IMG/VR virus record: IMGVR_UViG_3300012988_000016 | Coordinates: 62,001 to 126,000 of that record | Strand: one strand, 5' to 3' | Length of the DNA: 64,000 nucleotides | Shown: positions 10,961-21,079 of the stretch, in pieces | Position numbering within the stretch: position 1 is the first letter of the stretch | Layout: every line of letters starts with the position of its first letter | Notes under the pieces: generated by a model | Database searches by the model: none | Told to the model about the DNA's origin: nothing | The model's input: the letters and a program-made list of their open reading frames with translations, nothing else | Program-made: the position numbers and the translations under genes

Positions 10961-13900
10961 ATGGCAACAGCACCACAAATAGCCCTACGCGATGGGGTTG
11001 GGTTTACTCAGAACTTGGTCCTGACTACCAATCTGGAGTTCATCACCATCACTGGTACGGTGGACATCAACACGGTTGATATTCAGGTCTCAATCAACGG
11101 GGCAGCCTTCGTCTCTGATTCCAGTTTGGTTGGCCTGAATGGCTCTGTCTTCACGATCCCCAATCCAGCTTCTTATCCTGACGGTTTGCCGCTAGATTTG
11201 GGGCTAAACACCGTCGCCATTCGAGCCATCGATATCGTGGGTGGGGTGAGCCCTGTCTCGTTGGCTTCTATCACGAGAGTCACTCAAATCAGTGGTGTGG
11301 ACGCCCTGATTCCAACGGGCATTCGGGTGAACCGTAAACGAGACTCTGTCGATATCTTGGCCAACATCCCAGTATCGACTAGCGGAGAATTTCAGTTCAT
11401 AGGCTTCAACTTCTACGCTTCTTCCAGTCCTGGCGGTACGACAGGGTACTTCAAAATCAACACCACACCCGTTACCAATCAGGCTACTCAGTATCAAGAA
11501 GATCTGATCGATGTGTCGGACGCCAATGTGGTGTTCCCTGTACAGAAGTCGGTGACGGTCAATGTGTCGACCCAAGACATCGACGGAAATTCCACCCCCA
11601 TCTATACAAAAACTACCGACACCTTCGGCTTTACGGGGGATCTTAAGTTCGTTAGTTCGGTTCAGAGTCGTAGTCTCGTACAGTTCATTTACCTGAATCA
11701 CGTTCGTTCATCTGGCCCGAATGCAGACCAATTCATCGATGTCGATTCAACAGCTCCGCTCTATTACGTTGTAACTGGAGTTTTCTATGATTCCAGTCTG
11801 GATCAAGAGTTGGAGACTCCTTACAGCCAAGAGATCCTTGGTACCCCGCTGATCATCGACACCTCGATCAAAGATCTGCCGGGTAGAACACAATTCCAAA
11901 TCCTACTTGACTACGTGGGTGCCGTACAGGCGGCTGATTCCCTCATTTCCTTGATCCCAGGGTCTACCACTAGAGATGTGTCGATCAATCCGTTCGCCAG
12001 CGAAGCAGATCGAATCTGGTTCATCATCGATTTTGTCCACAAATCCTCTAGCTTCCTGACTCTTTTGCAGATTGACGACACCAACAATGATGGGGTGTCA
12101 GACCCAGTAGCTGGCAGTCACTACAAGCAGGCTCTGAGATCCGCTCTAGGTCTTCAGACCGATACTTCAGTTCAACAGCTGATCGACACTCAGTTCGACA
12201 AGCTGGCCAACAATTTCATGAAGCCCAGGTTGCCAGGGCGACCTGCTGTCGGTCAAGTGGTCTTCTATACTACCATCAAGCCGATCCTTGACGTCAATAT
12301 CGCATCTGGGACTATCGTTTCAACTGATGCTGATGCTGCGAACGGCATCCCTTCCATCCGCTATTTGGTGGGAGGCACCTACACCCTACCTGCCGCTCAA
12401 GCGGACGCCTTCTACAACTTTAGCACGAGGCGCTATGAGATAACGGTAGACATCACGGCTGAAACGATTGGTGATGAGGGTAACCGTCCCGCGGGAGAAA
12501 TCACAAATGTGTCCTCCTCTGTAGGGGGTATGCAGGTAACCAATACTGAAGCGACAGTCTTCGGTACCGATCGGGAAAGCAATGCCGACCTGGCCGCCAG
12601 AGCAATGTTGGGTTTCGTGTCGGTTGATACTGGAACCGAGGGAGGATACACCGCCACTGCCGCAGCACAGATTGGTATCGTCAAAAACAAGATCGTCAAA
12701 TCAGGCGACCCTCTGATGATGCGAGATTATGACGAGGTACGGCACAAGCACATTGGGGGTAAGGTCGATGTATGGGTGCAGGGCTTGAGAGAACGCACAG
12801 TAGTGGAACGTTTCGCCTTCTCCTTCGACACGGCCCTCGACATCTACTGCCAGATCATTGACGCTACCAATCTCATATTCCGAGTCCTAGACAGTCGTGT
12901 GACTCCCAATAGCCCAATTGTGGAAATCCTCAACAATCCTACACAGGGACTAGGTGTGAGAAATATCACTCAGGGGTTGGACTACAATCTGACTGGTGTG
13001 TCGATCATCGACTATCAAACGTTTCAACTCAGTACGTTGGTGGCTCAACCAGTAACGGCTATCGACGATATCATCACTGCTGACTATAGGTTCAGGTCTT
13101 TGAACCAATTCAGATTCACCCTTCAGCCTGTTCGTCGAGTCGTTTCAGTTGTGGGGGAGGCCTCTGGGGCATTGGATGTTACGCAAGGCTTCAGTCTCTT
13201 CAAGACGGAAGACCCTTTGCTCAACGGAGAGAGTACCATAGCGAAGGACTATCTGGTCATCAACCAAATAGGTGGGGTCCCTTCTGGAGCCTCGATTGCG
13301 GTAAATGACGAAGAACACGTCATCATCGGCTTCTTCGAAGAATCCTTGGGCTCAATAGGCATCAATACGACCACCATTCGAGTCTTCAGTCAAGATCGTA
13401 CGGTAGAATATGAGGGTCCAGGATCGGCTACCCCTGACTTCGACATCATTGCCGGAACCGCCACCACCCCCGCAAAGATTGTAAGGACCAATCCGTCCGA
13501 CATTGTTAGTGGCCAGACGGTATCGGTAGATTACGTTCACGATGAGAATTTCACGGTGACGTATGTGATCAATGACTTGCTACAGCAGTTGCAGCGCACG
13601 ATCAACAGTCGGAGACATATCACAGCAGATGTATTGGTCAAGCAAGCCATTCTCAACGATATTGCGCTTGAAACCACTGTGCAGCTCAAGTCAGGTGCCT
13701 CTAAGGACAAGGTGGATCCTGCTATTCGTTCCTCGGTGTCGATTGAGTTGAATCAGAAGCTCATTGGTCAAGGGGAAGCTCAATCAGATGTCATCAATGC
13801 AGTGGACTCTACTGAGGGGGTAGACTTCCAGGTAGTGCCTCTGGCGAAGATGGGGTATGCAGACGGCTCCAGGAAACTACGAGAATCCATCCTCTCATCA

Positions 13901-14377
13901 TCGGTTAGAATCCCTAGCCTGGACATTGGCGGCAATCAGGTATTCATCCTGACCAACGCCCTCAAGTTCCCCACCACAGACGGGGGTGGTTTGGTTACAG
14001 AGCACAGAGGGGTGTTCTCTGACGATGAAGTGATGGTTCTGGCTCAGTCGTTAGACTTGGTAGGTCAGCATCAGAATCAGGCCTACATCATTGGGGCAGG
14101 TGGGGCGATCATCACCGGTTACTCGGATGACGCCACCCTGATCTCAGAAGGATTCGTCACTTCCACCGACATCCAAAAGCAACGTCTGGCCAGAACAGCC
14201 AACCACGTATTGCTCAGCTTGTCGGGGGCTGGGATCCCCCCTGACAGCCCTGGGAACCACGTCTACGCGGTAAGCTATATCGTTCGTGGCGATGTGGGGC
14301 CGCATGACATCACAGCTTCTCCCGTAGAAGCACTTGACCTAGGAGCCTTTACATTGACGATTCGCGGGGCTTCCTGA
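10961..14377 (+). CDS. baseplate J-like (gp6-type) wedge protein, enlarged
   Basis: Motifs PGSTTRD, PAVGQVVF, ITAETIGDEGN..AGEI and GTDRESNADLAARA are typical of Baseplate_J; 1138 aa. Confidence 0.8.
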   Translation: MATAPQIALRDGVGFTQNLVLTTNLEFITITGTVDINTVDIQVSINGAAFVSDSSLVGLNGSVFTIPNPASYPDGLPLDLGLNTVAIRAIDIVGGVSPVSLASITRVTQISGVDALIPTGIRVNRKRDSVDILANIPVSTSGEFQFIGFNFYASSSPGGTTGYFKINTTPVTNQATQYQEDLIDVSDANVVFPVQKSVTVNVSTQDIDGNSTPIYTKTTDTFGFTGDLKFVSSVQSRSLVQFIYLNHVRSSGPNADQFIDVDSTAPLYYVVTGVFYDSSLDQELETPYSQEILGTPLIIDTSIKDLPGRTQFQILLDYVGAVQAADSLISLIPGSTTRDVSINPFASEADRIWFIIDFVHKSSSFLTLLQIDDTNNDGVSDPVAGSHYKQALRSALGLQTDTSVQQLIDTQFDKLANNFMKPRLPGRPAVGQVVFYTTIKPILDVNIASGTIVSTDADAANGIPSIRYLVGGTYTLPAAQADAFYNFSTRRYEITVDITAETIGDEGNRPAGEITNVSSSVGGMQVTNTEATVFGTDRESNADLAARAMLGFVSVDTGTEGGYTATAAAQIGIVKNKIVKSGDPLMMRDYDEVRHKHIGGKVDVWVQGLRERTVVERFAFSFDTALDIYCQIIDATNLIFRVLDSRVTPNSPIVEILNNPTQGLGVRNITQGLDYNLTGVSIIDYQTFQLSTLVAQPVTAIDDIITADYRFRSLNQFRFTLQPVRRVVSVVGEASGALDVTQGFSLFKTEDPLLNGESTIAKDYLVINQIGGVPSGASIAVNDEEHVIIGFFEESLGSIGINTTTIRVFSQDRTVEYEGPGSATPDFDIIAGTATTPAKIVRTNPSDIVSGQTVSVDYVHDENFTVTYVINDLLQQLQRTINSRRHITADVLVKQAILNDIALETTVQLKSGASKDKVDPAIRSSVSIELNQKLIGQGEAQSDVINAVDSTEGVDFQVVPLAKMGYADGSRKLRESILSSSVRIPSLDIGGNQVFILTNALKFPTTDGGGLVTEHRGVFSDDEVMVLAQSLDLVGQHQNQAYIIGAGGAIITGYSDDATLISEGFVTSTDIQKQRLARTANHVLLSLSGAGIPPDSPGNHVYAVSYIVRGDVGPHDITASPVEALDLGAFTLTIRGAS

Positions 14378-15183
14378 TGGCCAGATTCACCATAGACCCT
14401 AGCCGAATCAACTTCACTATTGATCGTAGCGGCAAAGAATACAACCTGAGGGTACTACAGCGTTCGCAAGCCATCTTCACTTCGCTGTTGAACCTGCTTC
14501 CATCCAACTACATCAGCGCCGTGCAGGGACCGAACTATACGGTTGAGCTCAAAGCGGTGGCGGTAGAGATAGCCAAGATTGAGCTAGCCCTCGAAGACGT
14601 CGATATGGATCGCGACTTCACCCGCACCCGATCAGACTTTCTTTACAGTATGATTGGATATTTGGTATTCCTGAACAATCGTCTGCCCCCACTGGAATTT
14701 GATGATACTGAATTCCGCTCCTTCCTCCTATCATTGATCCGGATCTACTTTCAGGGTTCGGTTCCAGATTCAATCAGAGACGCGGCAGCGTTGTTCATCA
14801 CCAACGACTTCAAAGTCCTGGAGAACTTCCTGCTGACTCGTGAGGGGGCGTCAGGGCTCGATATTTCGGACCAATTCGGCTTCCAGATCAACATTGAGCT
14901 GATCAATCAATTTCCCCCTGGGCTCTTTGACCTGCAAAGCTCGATCCGCATCATCCTGGACATCATCAGGCCAGCCCACACTCTGTTTAGGATTCGCTAC
15001 ATATTCAAGGACGATTACAACCCAAATGGCAATGGGAAGATCCTAGATGCCTTGAGGTGGAAGCTCTCAGATTACCGATACGAGGATTTTAGGTCTTATT
15101 GGACAGGTATTAGAGATCGCGATCGTTTGGGTCGTAAGATGAACAGACGGGTGTCGGACGAAGATCATTCGGACGACTTCTAA
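14377..15183 (+). CDS. baseplate wedge partner (P2 gpI / gp7-like)
   Basis: Follows baseplate J with TGATG coupling; LDIIRPAHTLF motif typical of this class. Confidence 0.6.
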   Translation: MARFTIDPSRINFTIDRSGKEYNLRVLQRSQAIFTSLLNLLPSNYISAVQGPNYTVELKAVAVEIAKIELALEDVDMDRDFTRTRSDFLYSMIGYLVFLNNRLPPLEFDDTEFRSFLLSLIRIYFQGSVPDSIRDAAALFITNDFKVLENFLLTREGASGLDISDQFGFQINIELINQFPPGLFDLQSSIRIILDIIRPAHTLFRIRYIFKDDYNPNGNGKILDALRWKLSDYRYEDFRSYWTGIRDRDRLGRKMNRRVSDEDHSDDF

Positions 15184-15197
15184 GGAGATGTGAAGCG

Positions 15198-18100
15198 ATG
15201 GGACTCATCGACGTAACGGCGAGTGACAGCATTGGAGCTGTAGAAGATGTGTCCGGAGGTTTGGATAAGACGCTTGTCGCGGGCAACGATTCGATAGCCA
15301 TTTCGGATTCGACCGACATCTACAAGAACAATATCCACTACGACATCACTGCCGGTAACGACTCGATCTCCGTAACGGATATCAAATTCCTAGAATTCTA
15401 CGGGAATCGTGTCCTCTCTGATGCGGTCGCTATCGTAGATCAAGTCACAATTGATCGGGTATTCCTCTCTGACACCCTTTCTGTTACCGACTCGGTGACG
15501 ATAACGACCTTCAGAGACTCGGCTGATAGCGTTACAGTTGTTGATGCTCTTTCGCCGGCCACAGACTATGTTCGGTCTTCTACCGATACCCTGAACACGA
15601 CCGATGCCGCCACACTGGACAACCAATTCGGCAGGATTCTGAGTGATACGGCTGTACTGACTGATTCTACTTTGGTGGATCCGACCAAGGATCGTGCTCC
15701 GTTTGATGCTGTATCGGTCTCAGATTCGATAGCGATTGTCACCAATAGTACACGCCTACCCCAAGACACCTTCAGTCTAACAGACAGTGTGTCAGCTGGG
15801 GCTATTCGTGAGCGTGTTCCTGCCACCGATTCGATCGTAACTACTGATTCTGGCTTTGGAGACCTGACAAAAAGTCGAGAATCTGCAGACTCTATTCTGT
15901 CGACAGACTCGACTACCGTTGGGAGAGACATTTATCGTGCGCTCTCTGATTCGCCGTCGATTTCAGATCAGGCTATTGCGAGCAAGTCTCTCAGCATAAC
16001 GATCAACGATTCGTCCTTCTTGACAGACACTGTCACGGTAGAGGCTCTCCACGTAGATGTCTTTCTGTCAGACCAGATTTTCGATATTTCGGACAGTGTG
16101 GTTCGTGAAACCACTTTGGTTCGGCAGTTCAACGATACCCTGTCTGTAACCGATTCTGCACAAGCGGCCCGAGGAGGGTTGGTCGATCGAAGTCTTTCCG
16201 ACACGATCGCTCTCAGTGACTCAATCAAGCAGATTTTGTGGCCTGGGTTCATCGACAACCTGTCCCTGTTCGACATCGTTCAGGTTGAACAGCTGGGGGC
16301 ATTCTCGGCCATTCCCAGTGCGGACGGGATGAGCCTTACCGTCAATTTCTCTGCCCTTCTTAGCTACGATCATTTCTTCGACCTGAGAAATTATCACTTT
16401 GAGCCTCTCCCTGGCAGCAAAGGGGTATTGTTTCAAGTCGAGAGTTGTACTCCCATCACAACACCCATCGTCTCTGGTACGTTGGGGTATCTGCCGGATT
16501 TGACGGCTTCCGATTTTCTATCTAACACCTTTCAAATTGACAGCAGTCTCTACACATTCACAAGCTCAGACATTGGGCGCTATGTGACTGTCTCCAATGG
16601 GCGTACACCAGGGACTTTTAGAATCACTGGGATTGTCAGTTCCACCAAGGTAACCTTGGATCGCCCCCTGTATGTCTCTGATCCTCAAAATGGGTCATTT
16701 CATTGGAATTTAACAGGCGCCATACAAGGTGCTGTATTCGGTCTCACCAACAAGGCCACCAACCAGGCAGGGTACAGCTTCTCAGCCCAAAACCTGATCC
16801 AACAGAACGGCGCTCCATACGCGGTATCGTTCAATTTCATCACCACAGGTATTCTGGGACCCAAACTGGCAGGGGTGGATCTAACGGACGAAGGTGTGTT
16901 GGTAATCGACTATGACCAACCGATGCGAAACGACCAAGATCTTGTGTCGCCCTTCGAATACAGCATCACAGGGCCGTCCGCAGTCAAGATCACCAAGGTG
17001 TGGTGTGCTGGCCCAACCGAGGTGGCGTTGGAGCTGTTTGGTTTGGGTGTTGGATCCTACACGTTGGCGGTCAACATCTCTGGCACCCCGAAGGACCTTG
17101 CCGGTAATCCTTTGGAGCCGGCCTTTAATCAAGCTATCTTCACTGGCTCGATTCCCCTTACGAATCGTAGCGTATTCACCGATAAGGGGCCGATCTCCAA
17201 GCCACCTCTTACACTTCAGACAGGCACCAATGCGGTCCTGAATAGCTTTACTGAAATCAGCCTGCCCAGTGCCTCGTTGACCTCAGCTCTGGTTAACCAG
17301 TACATCACGTTGACCGGTTCCGCGGCGAACAGTGGTACCTACCGAATTACGGGTGTGTTGTCTCCCACTAAACTGAGGGTGCAGGCAAGTCTGACTTTGC
17401 CCGACCCTAGCACCATCAGTTGGGAAATCTTCAATCCACGTAATGGGGAGATTGCCGATGACCCTGCAGATGTAGAGGTTTTGATCAACGGTTCTCCCAT
17501 CACTCCAGTGACAGTTGTTGGATTGATGGGGCAAGTTGTCTTGCCCACCATGCCTCTGCCAGACGATGACGTCAAGGTCAACTACAGCTGGGTGTTGAAT
17601 CCCACAGTTGACTTTCGCCGCCTGAATTCGAAGGAATTCCGTCTAAATTCGTGGAATTCAGATCCACTGTACGGTATCAGTCCTAGCCAACATCGTTACC
17701 GCTATAACAACACGCTGGTTCGTCCCAGTGAATTTGAGCCAGACGAGTTGTTGGCTACGTTGGACCAGCCAAAGCTTCGAGACGCCTACTATAGGGCCTA
17801 TGAGAGAGCTTACACGGCTTCCCTCAACGACCCCAACACCCTGCTGTTGAACAGTCCGATCCACAAGATCGCTTTCCCTGCCCCTCAAAGGACCGTTAGC
17901 GAATCGTTCACCATCTACGAAGCCTCTGCCATTCCTTCGAGCTCCACTCCTGCTTGGGTCAAGCATGGTACTGGCTTAGAATCGGTTGCGGCTGATTTGT
18001 TGACCGCTACTGACAACACTGTAGGGCCTTTCCCAGTCGGTCAACCCCAGTTCTGGACTCAAGAGATAGACCTGACGTTTCCGCACAGTTTCGCTCTTTC

Positions 18101-21026
18101 GTGGAGGTTCTACGGATCCAGTGTAACGACTTACAATGGGGTTTTCTCTGGTTTGTCGGTCGGATACACGGACGAGACGTTGGCCTATGTGATTGGGTTC
18201 ATCCGCGAATCTGGCGTAAAGAAGATCGGTCTTCTCAAACGAGGGTTTGCAGACGATGCTTCAACTGTCGATTCGTGGGTGGGTGGTGTCGACAGTTTGG
18301 GGGTTGCTACTGGGTTGCCTGTTCCGTTCGATTGGGGCGTCCTTCACAGCTACCGTCTATTCAGGGACCGATCGGGCGTGGTTTCGGTCTATGTGGATGG
18401 TAACCTTTCCCCCACCCTTCGTATATTGCCCGAAGAAGCCCCTTTCTTGGAAGAAGTGAATGCTCCATTTTCCGAGCTACAAGGTGTGTTCTTTGGGTCT
18501 ATCTCCAGGGAAGCAGCAAACGTCTCGGTGTGGGACTTCGTACGTTATTTGATCATTCCCACCAATCCGCTACAGGTCAGTCCTTCATCCTTCGTCAGCT
18601 ACGAAGGGAGCGTCAAACCAGAGATATCGACAAGGCCGTGGACTCCGATTGGATACCACGGCACAGAAACTATTCTGGCCAATGATCACCTTTTGATCGA
18701 TTCCACCTCGGCAACCGATCTATCGACCGCATCAGCAGTGGGCGCTTTGGGCGGAGACTATCGAGGGTTCCTTCGATTGGAACCTCTGCTCTCATCAGCC
18801 TCTCAGATTGTCGTGGATGTAGCGCCTCAGCTACGAACCTACACTTACGGCATAGATCCTTACGGCATGATGACGGCTGTTGATGATGGCAACCGTTTGA
18901 TGCAACTGGCCTTTTTCCCTAGTCGATCCACTCCTAAGTTCAGCTACGGTGGCCGTTCTTTGCCTGGAGATTTCTCTCCAGATGTGTGGGACACAATGGG
19001 GTCTGGCAACGCTCACATGTTGGGGCGTGAGCTTAGAATTTCCGATACGACGGTAGGCGATGGCAAGATCTTTTTCATTCAGGATCTGTCTTCATTCGGT
19101 TCTGACAACCGAGTGGTGGCGTCGAATACGGACTACATCTTCGAATTCAGAAATCTAGTAGTTAGCTACACGGTAGACGGCGCCGGCTTTGCTGGTGTGT
19201 TCGGTCAAGTTGATGACGGTGCTAGAGCGGTCGGCTTGATGTTCGAAGAATTGTCGGGTGTTCGCTACGTAAGTCTGAATTCTGATGGCACCCCATTGGG
19301 CAGTCTGTATCGATTTGCTTTTGATTGGGGAGACGGGACCCCACACACGTATCGATTTGTCAAGAACACTACAGGAAATCTGGTGTCCTTGTTCATTGAC
19401 TCTATATTTGTCGGAAGCGCTGCCTACAGCTTGTTTGGGGCAACAGGCGGCACCCCCATCATCTCGTTCGGATCTGCCACTCCCTCAAGTGCTGGAGCTC
19501 TCTCGGAAGTTGATTGGAGCTACTGTAACGTTTGGAGAACACGAACCGATCTGAAGCATTACGTCGGCCTTTGGAAGGGTTATGACAAGGATTCTCTCAC
19601 TGGGTACCACCTTCCACTCAAAGCTTCTGGAACTGGGGCCCAGCTGGCAGGTAATGCGTTGGGAGACTCGAATGCCGACTTCTTATCCGCCAGCGTGACG
19701 GCAGGAGATTCCCTTGTCATAGATGAGGGCATGAACAAGGGTGTGTACGAAGTAGCGGCGGTGGTGGACGCCAACACGTTGACCATTTCCGGAATCTGGC
19801 CGTCTAGTCCAACCCTGACCAACTACCGAATCATCAGTGAAGTCGATTGGACTTCTCAGCACAAGTATCGTCTGATCAAAGATTCGGTGGGATTGGTGAG
19901 CGTGTTCTACGACAACGTTCCAGATCCGTTGATTCAAGTGGGGTACAATTCGATCGATCTCCCTCCCAGCCAAGTCAGCTTCATCCAAGGGATCGCTAAC
20001 GGGCTACCTTCAGTTGCCTTTGGTTCTTTCAATTCCGAGAACCTGTCTCAATCGTCTTGGGACTACGTTCGCTATGGGATTGTGGCCAATACTTCGATCA
20101 ACTTGGCAGCCCCTCATCATCAATTCCTCAATCAGCGCAATGTGATGGAGTCTCCAGAAAGACTCACCTCTCCAGTTCCCCACACATTGACCGATTTCTC
20201 GTCCAGCTCAACAGGGATTGTGCCCAAACAATCCCCAGAGTTCCTCACTCGTTCAAACCTTTTGGCCTACACGAGACTGAATGAGGGTACCCCTCTTGTA
20301 CCCAGCACTCAAAACTATCAAGTAAGGTCTCCTCAACCCGTTCAAGAGTATGTGTCGGCCATCAATGTGCCGGCCGATGTGTTGAATTCAAACAGCTTCG
20401 TCCTGAATGATGCTTCTGTCCGCTATCGTCTACTGGTGCCAGACGATGTCTTGTACTCGGCTTTGGACGTTATCGAAGAAACATCGGGCGATGATGCTCC
20501 GATCACACCGTTTGACGATGAATGCGCCGACACTTTTAGTGGTTTCCAGTACACCAAAGAGGTCTGCTTGACCTACACCGCCGATACTCTTCCGGAAGAC
20601 GACATTGCCTCGCCCACCCCTTGGGTTCGTCAGAGCGACAATCCTGGGCAAGTGACCGCTACTGTTGCTGGGGGAGTGTTGACCTACCACACTTCTGGAA
20701 GTGCGACCGTCTACAAGAACAACACGGCCTTGCCGGATGCCCCGGGATTGCAGACAGAGGCCAAGTTTAGACTCCGTCTCAAGGACGATGCCACTTTGGG
20801 GACGGGAGATACTCAGGTGCGGTTTGGTCTATCGGCTCCTGGGTTGACGGTAGCGCTGGCTTTCGTCACCACTCCTTTGGCTGAACGCTACGTTCTGGTG
20901 ACTGATCTGAACAACGGCAACAATCTGGGTTCTGTGAATTTCGACTTCCTTGACGGAAATTACCACACTTATCGTATAGTTAGAGACCCTGGTGCCGGTT
21001 TGGTTCGGGTTTTCATTGATTCTTGA
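15198..21026 (+). CDS. giant modular virion protein: D-x5-D repeat stalk, Ig-like domains, four ConA/LamG-like modules
   Basis: 1942 aa; TAAGGAG RBS; 18 D-x5-D repeats; SbsA/Big_5-like segment (VIDYDQPM...PKDLAGNPL); four (F/V)D(W/F)...H.YR..(R/K)...V.(V/L)(Y/F).D segments. Confidence 0.75.
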   Translation: MGLIDVTASDSIGAVEDVSGGLDKTLVAGNDSIAISDSTDIYKNNIHYDITAGNDSISVTDIKFLEFYGNRVLSDAVAIVDQVTIDRVFLSDTLSVTDSVTITTFRDSADSVTVVDALSPATDYVRSSTDTLNTTDAATLDNQFGRILSDTAVLTDSTLVDPTKDRAPFDAVSVSDSIAIVTNSTRLPQDTFSLTDSVSAGAIRERVPATDSIVTTDSGFGDLTKSRESADSILSTDSTTVGRDIYRALSDSPSISDQAIASKSLSITINDSSFLTDTVTVEALHVDVFLSDQIFDISDSVVRETTLVRQFNDTLSVTDSAQAARGGLVDRSLSDTIALSDSIKQILWPGFIDNLSLFDIVQVEQLGAFSAIPSADGMSLTVNFSALLSYDHFFDLRNYHFEPLPGSKGVLFQVESCTPITTPIVSGTLGYLPDLTASDFLSNTFQIDSSLYTFTSSDIGRYVTVSNGRTPGTFRITGIVSSTKVTLDRPLYVSDPQNGSFHWNLTGAIQGAVFGLTNKATNQAGYSFSAQNLIQQNGAPYAVSFNFITTGILGPKLAGVDLTDEGVLVIDYDQPMRNDQDLVSPFEYSITGPSAVKITKVWCAGPTEVALELFGLGVGSYTLAVNISGTPKDLAGNPLEPAFNQAIFTGSIPLTNRSVFTDKGPISKPPLTLQTGTNAVLNSFTEISLPSASLTSALVNQYITLTGSAANSGTYRITGVLSPTKLRVQASLTLPDPSTISWEIFNPRNGEIADDPADVEVLINGSPITPVTVVGLMGQVVLPTMPLPDDDVKVNYSWVLNPTVDFRRLNSKEFRLNSWNSDPLYGISPSQHRYRYNNTLVRPSEFEPDELLATLDQPKLRDAYYRAYERAYTASLNDPNTLLLNSPIHKIAFPAPQRTVSESFTIYEASAIPSSSTPAWVKHGTGLESVAADLLTATDNTVGPFPVGQPQFWTQEIDLTFPHSFALSWRFYGSSVTTYNGVFSGLSVGYTDETLAYVIGFIRESGVKKIGLLKRGFADDASTVDSWVGGVDSLGVATGLPVPFDWGVLHSYRLFRDRSGVVSVYVDGNLSPTLRILPEEAPFLEEVNAPFSELQGVFFGSISREAANVSVWDFVRYLIIPTNPLQVSPSSFVSYEGSVKPEISTRPWTPIGYHGTETILANDHLLIDSTSATDLSTASAVGALGGDYRGFLRLEPLLSSASQIVVDVAPQLRTYTYGIDPYGMMTAVDDGNRLMQLAFFPSRSTPKFSYGGRSLPGDFSPDVWDTMGSGNAHMLGRELRISDTTVGDGKIFFIQDLSSFGSDNRVVASNTDYIFEFRNLVVSYTVDGAGFAGVFGQVDDGARAVGLMFEELSGVRYVSLNSDGTPLGSLYRFAFDWGDGTPHTYRFVKNTTGNLVSLFIDSIFVGSAAYSLFGATGGTPIISFGSATPSSAGALSEVDWSYCNVWRTRTDLKHYVGLWKGYDKDSLTGYHLPLKASGTGAQLAGNALGDSNADFLSASVTAGDSLVIDEGMNKGVYEVAAVVDANTLTISGIWPSSPTLTNYRIISEVDWTSQHKYRLIKDSVGLVSVFYDNVPDPLIQVGYNSIDLPPSQVSFIQGIANGLPSVAFGSFNSENLSQSSWDYVRYGIVANTSINLAAPHHQFLNQRNVMESPERLTSPVPHTLTDFSSSSTGIVPKQSPEFLTRSNLLAYTRLNEGTPLVPSTQNYQVRSPQPVQEYVSAINVPADVLNSNSFVLNDASVRYRLLVPDDVLYSALDVIEETSGDDAPITPFDDECADTFSGFQYTKEVCLTYTADTLPEDDIASPTPWVRQSDNPGQVTATVAGGVLTYHTSGSATVYKNNTALPDAPGLQTEAKFRLRLKDDATLGTGDTQVRFGLSAPGLTVALAFVTTPLAERYVLVTDLNNGNNLGSVNFDFLDGNYHTYRIVRDPGAGLVRVFIDS
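15225..16274 (+). repeat. protein-level tandem repeat, 18 x ~20 aa, core D-x5-D
   Basis: Examples: DSIAISD, DTLSVTD, DSVTVVD, DAVSVSD, DTIALSD, DNLSLFD (aa 10-359); nucleotide sequence is diverged between units. Confidence 0.85.
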
Positions 21027-21079
21027 ACCTAAGGTGAGATGATAGGCATGTCCGCAACAGCTCTAATTGAAGGTGTCAG

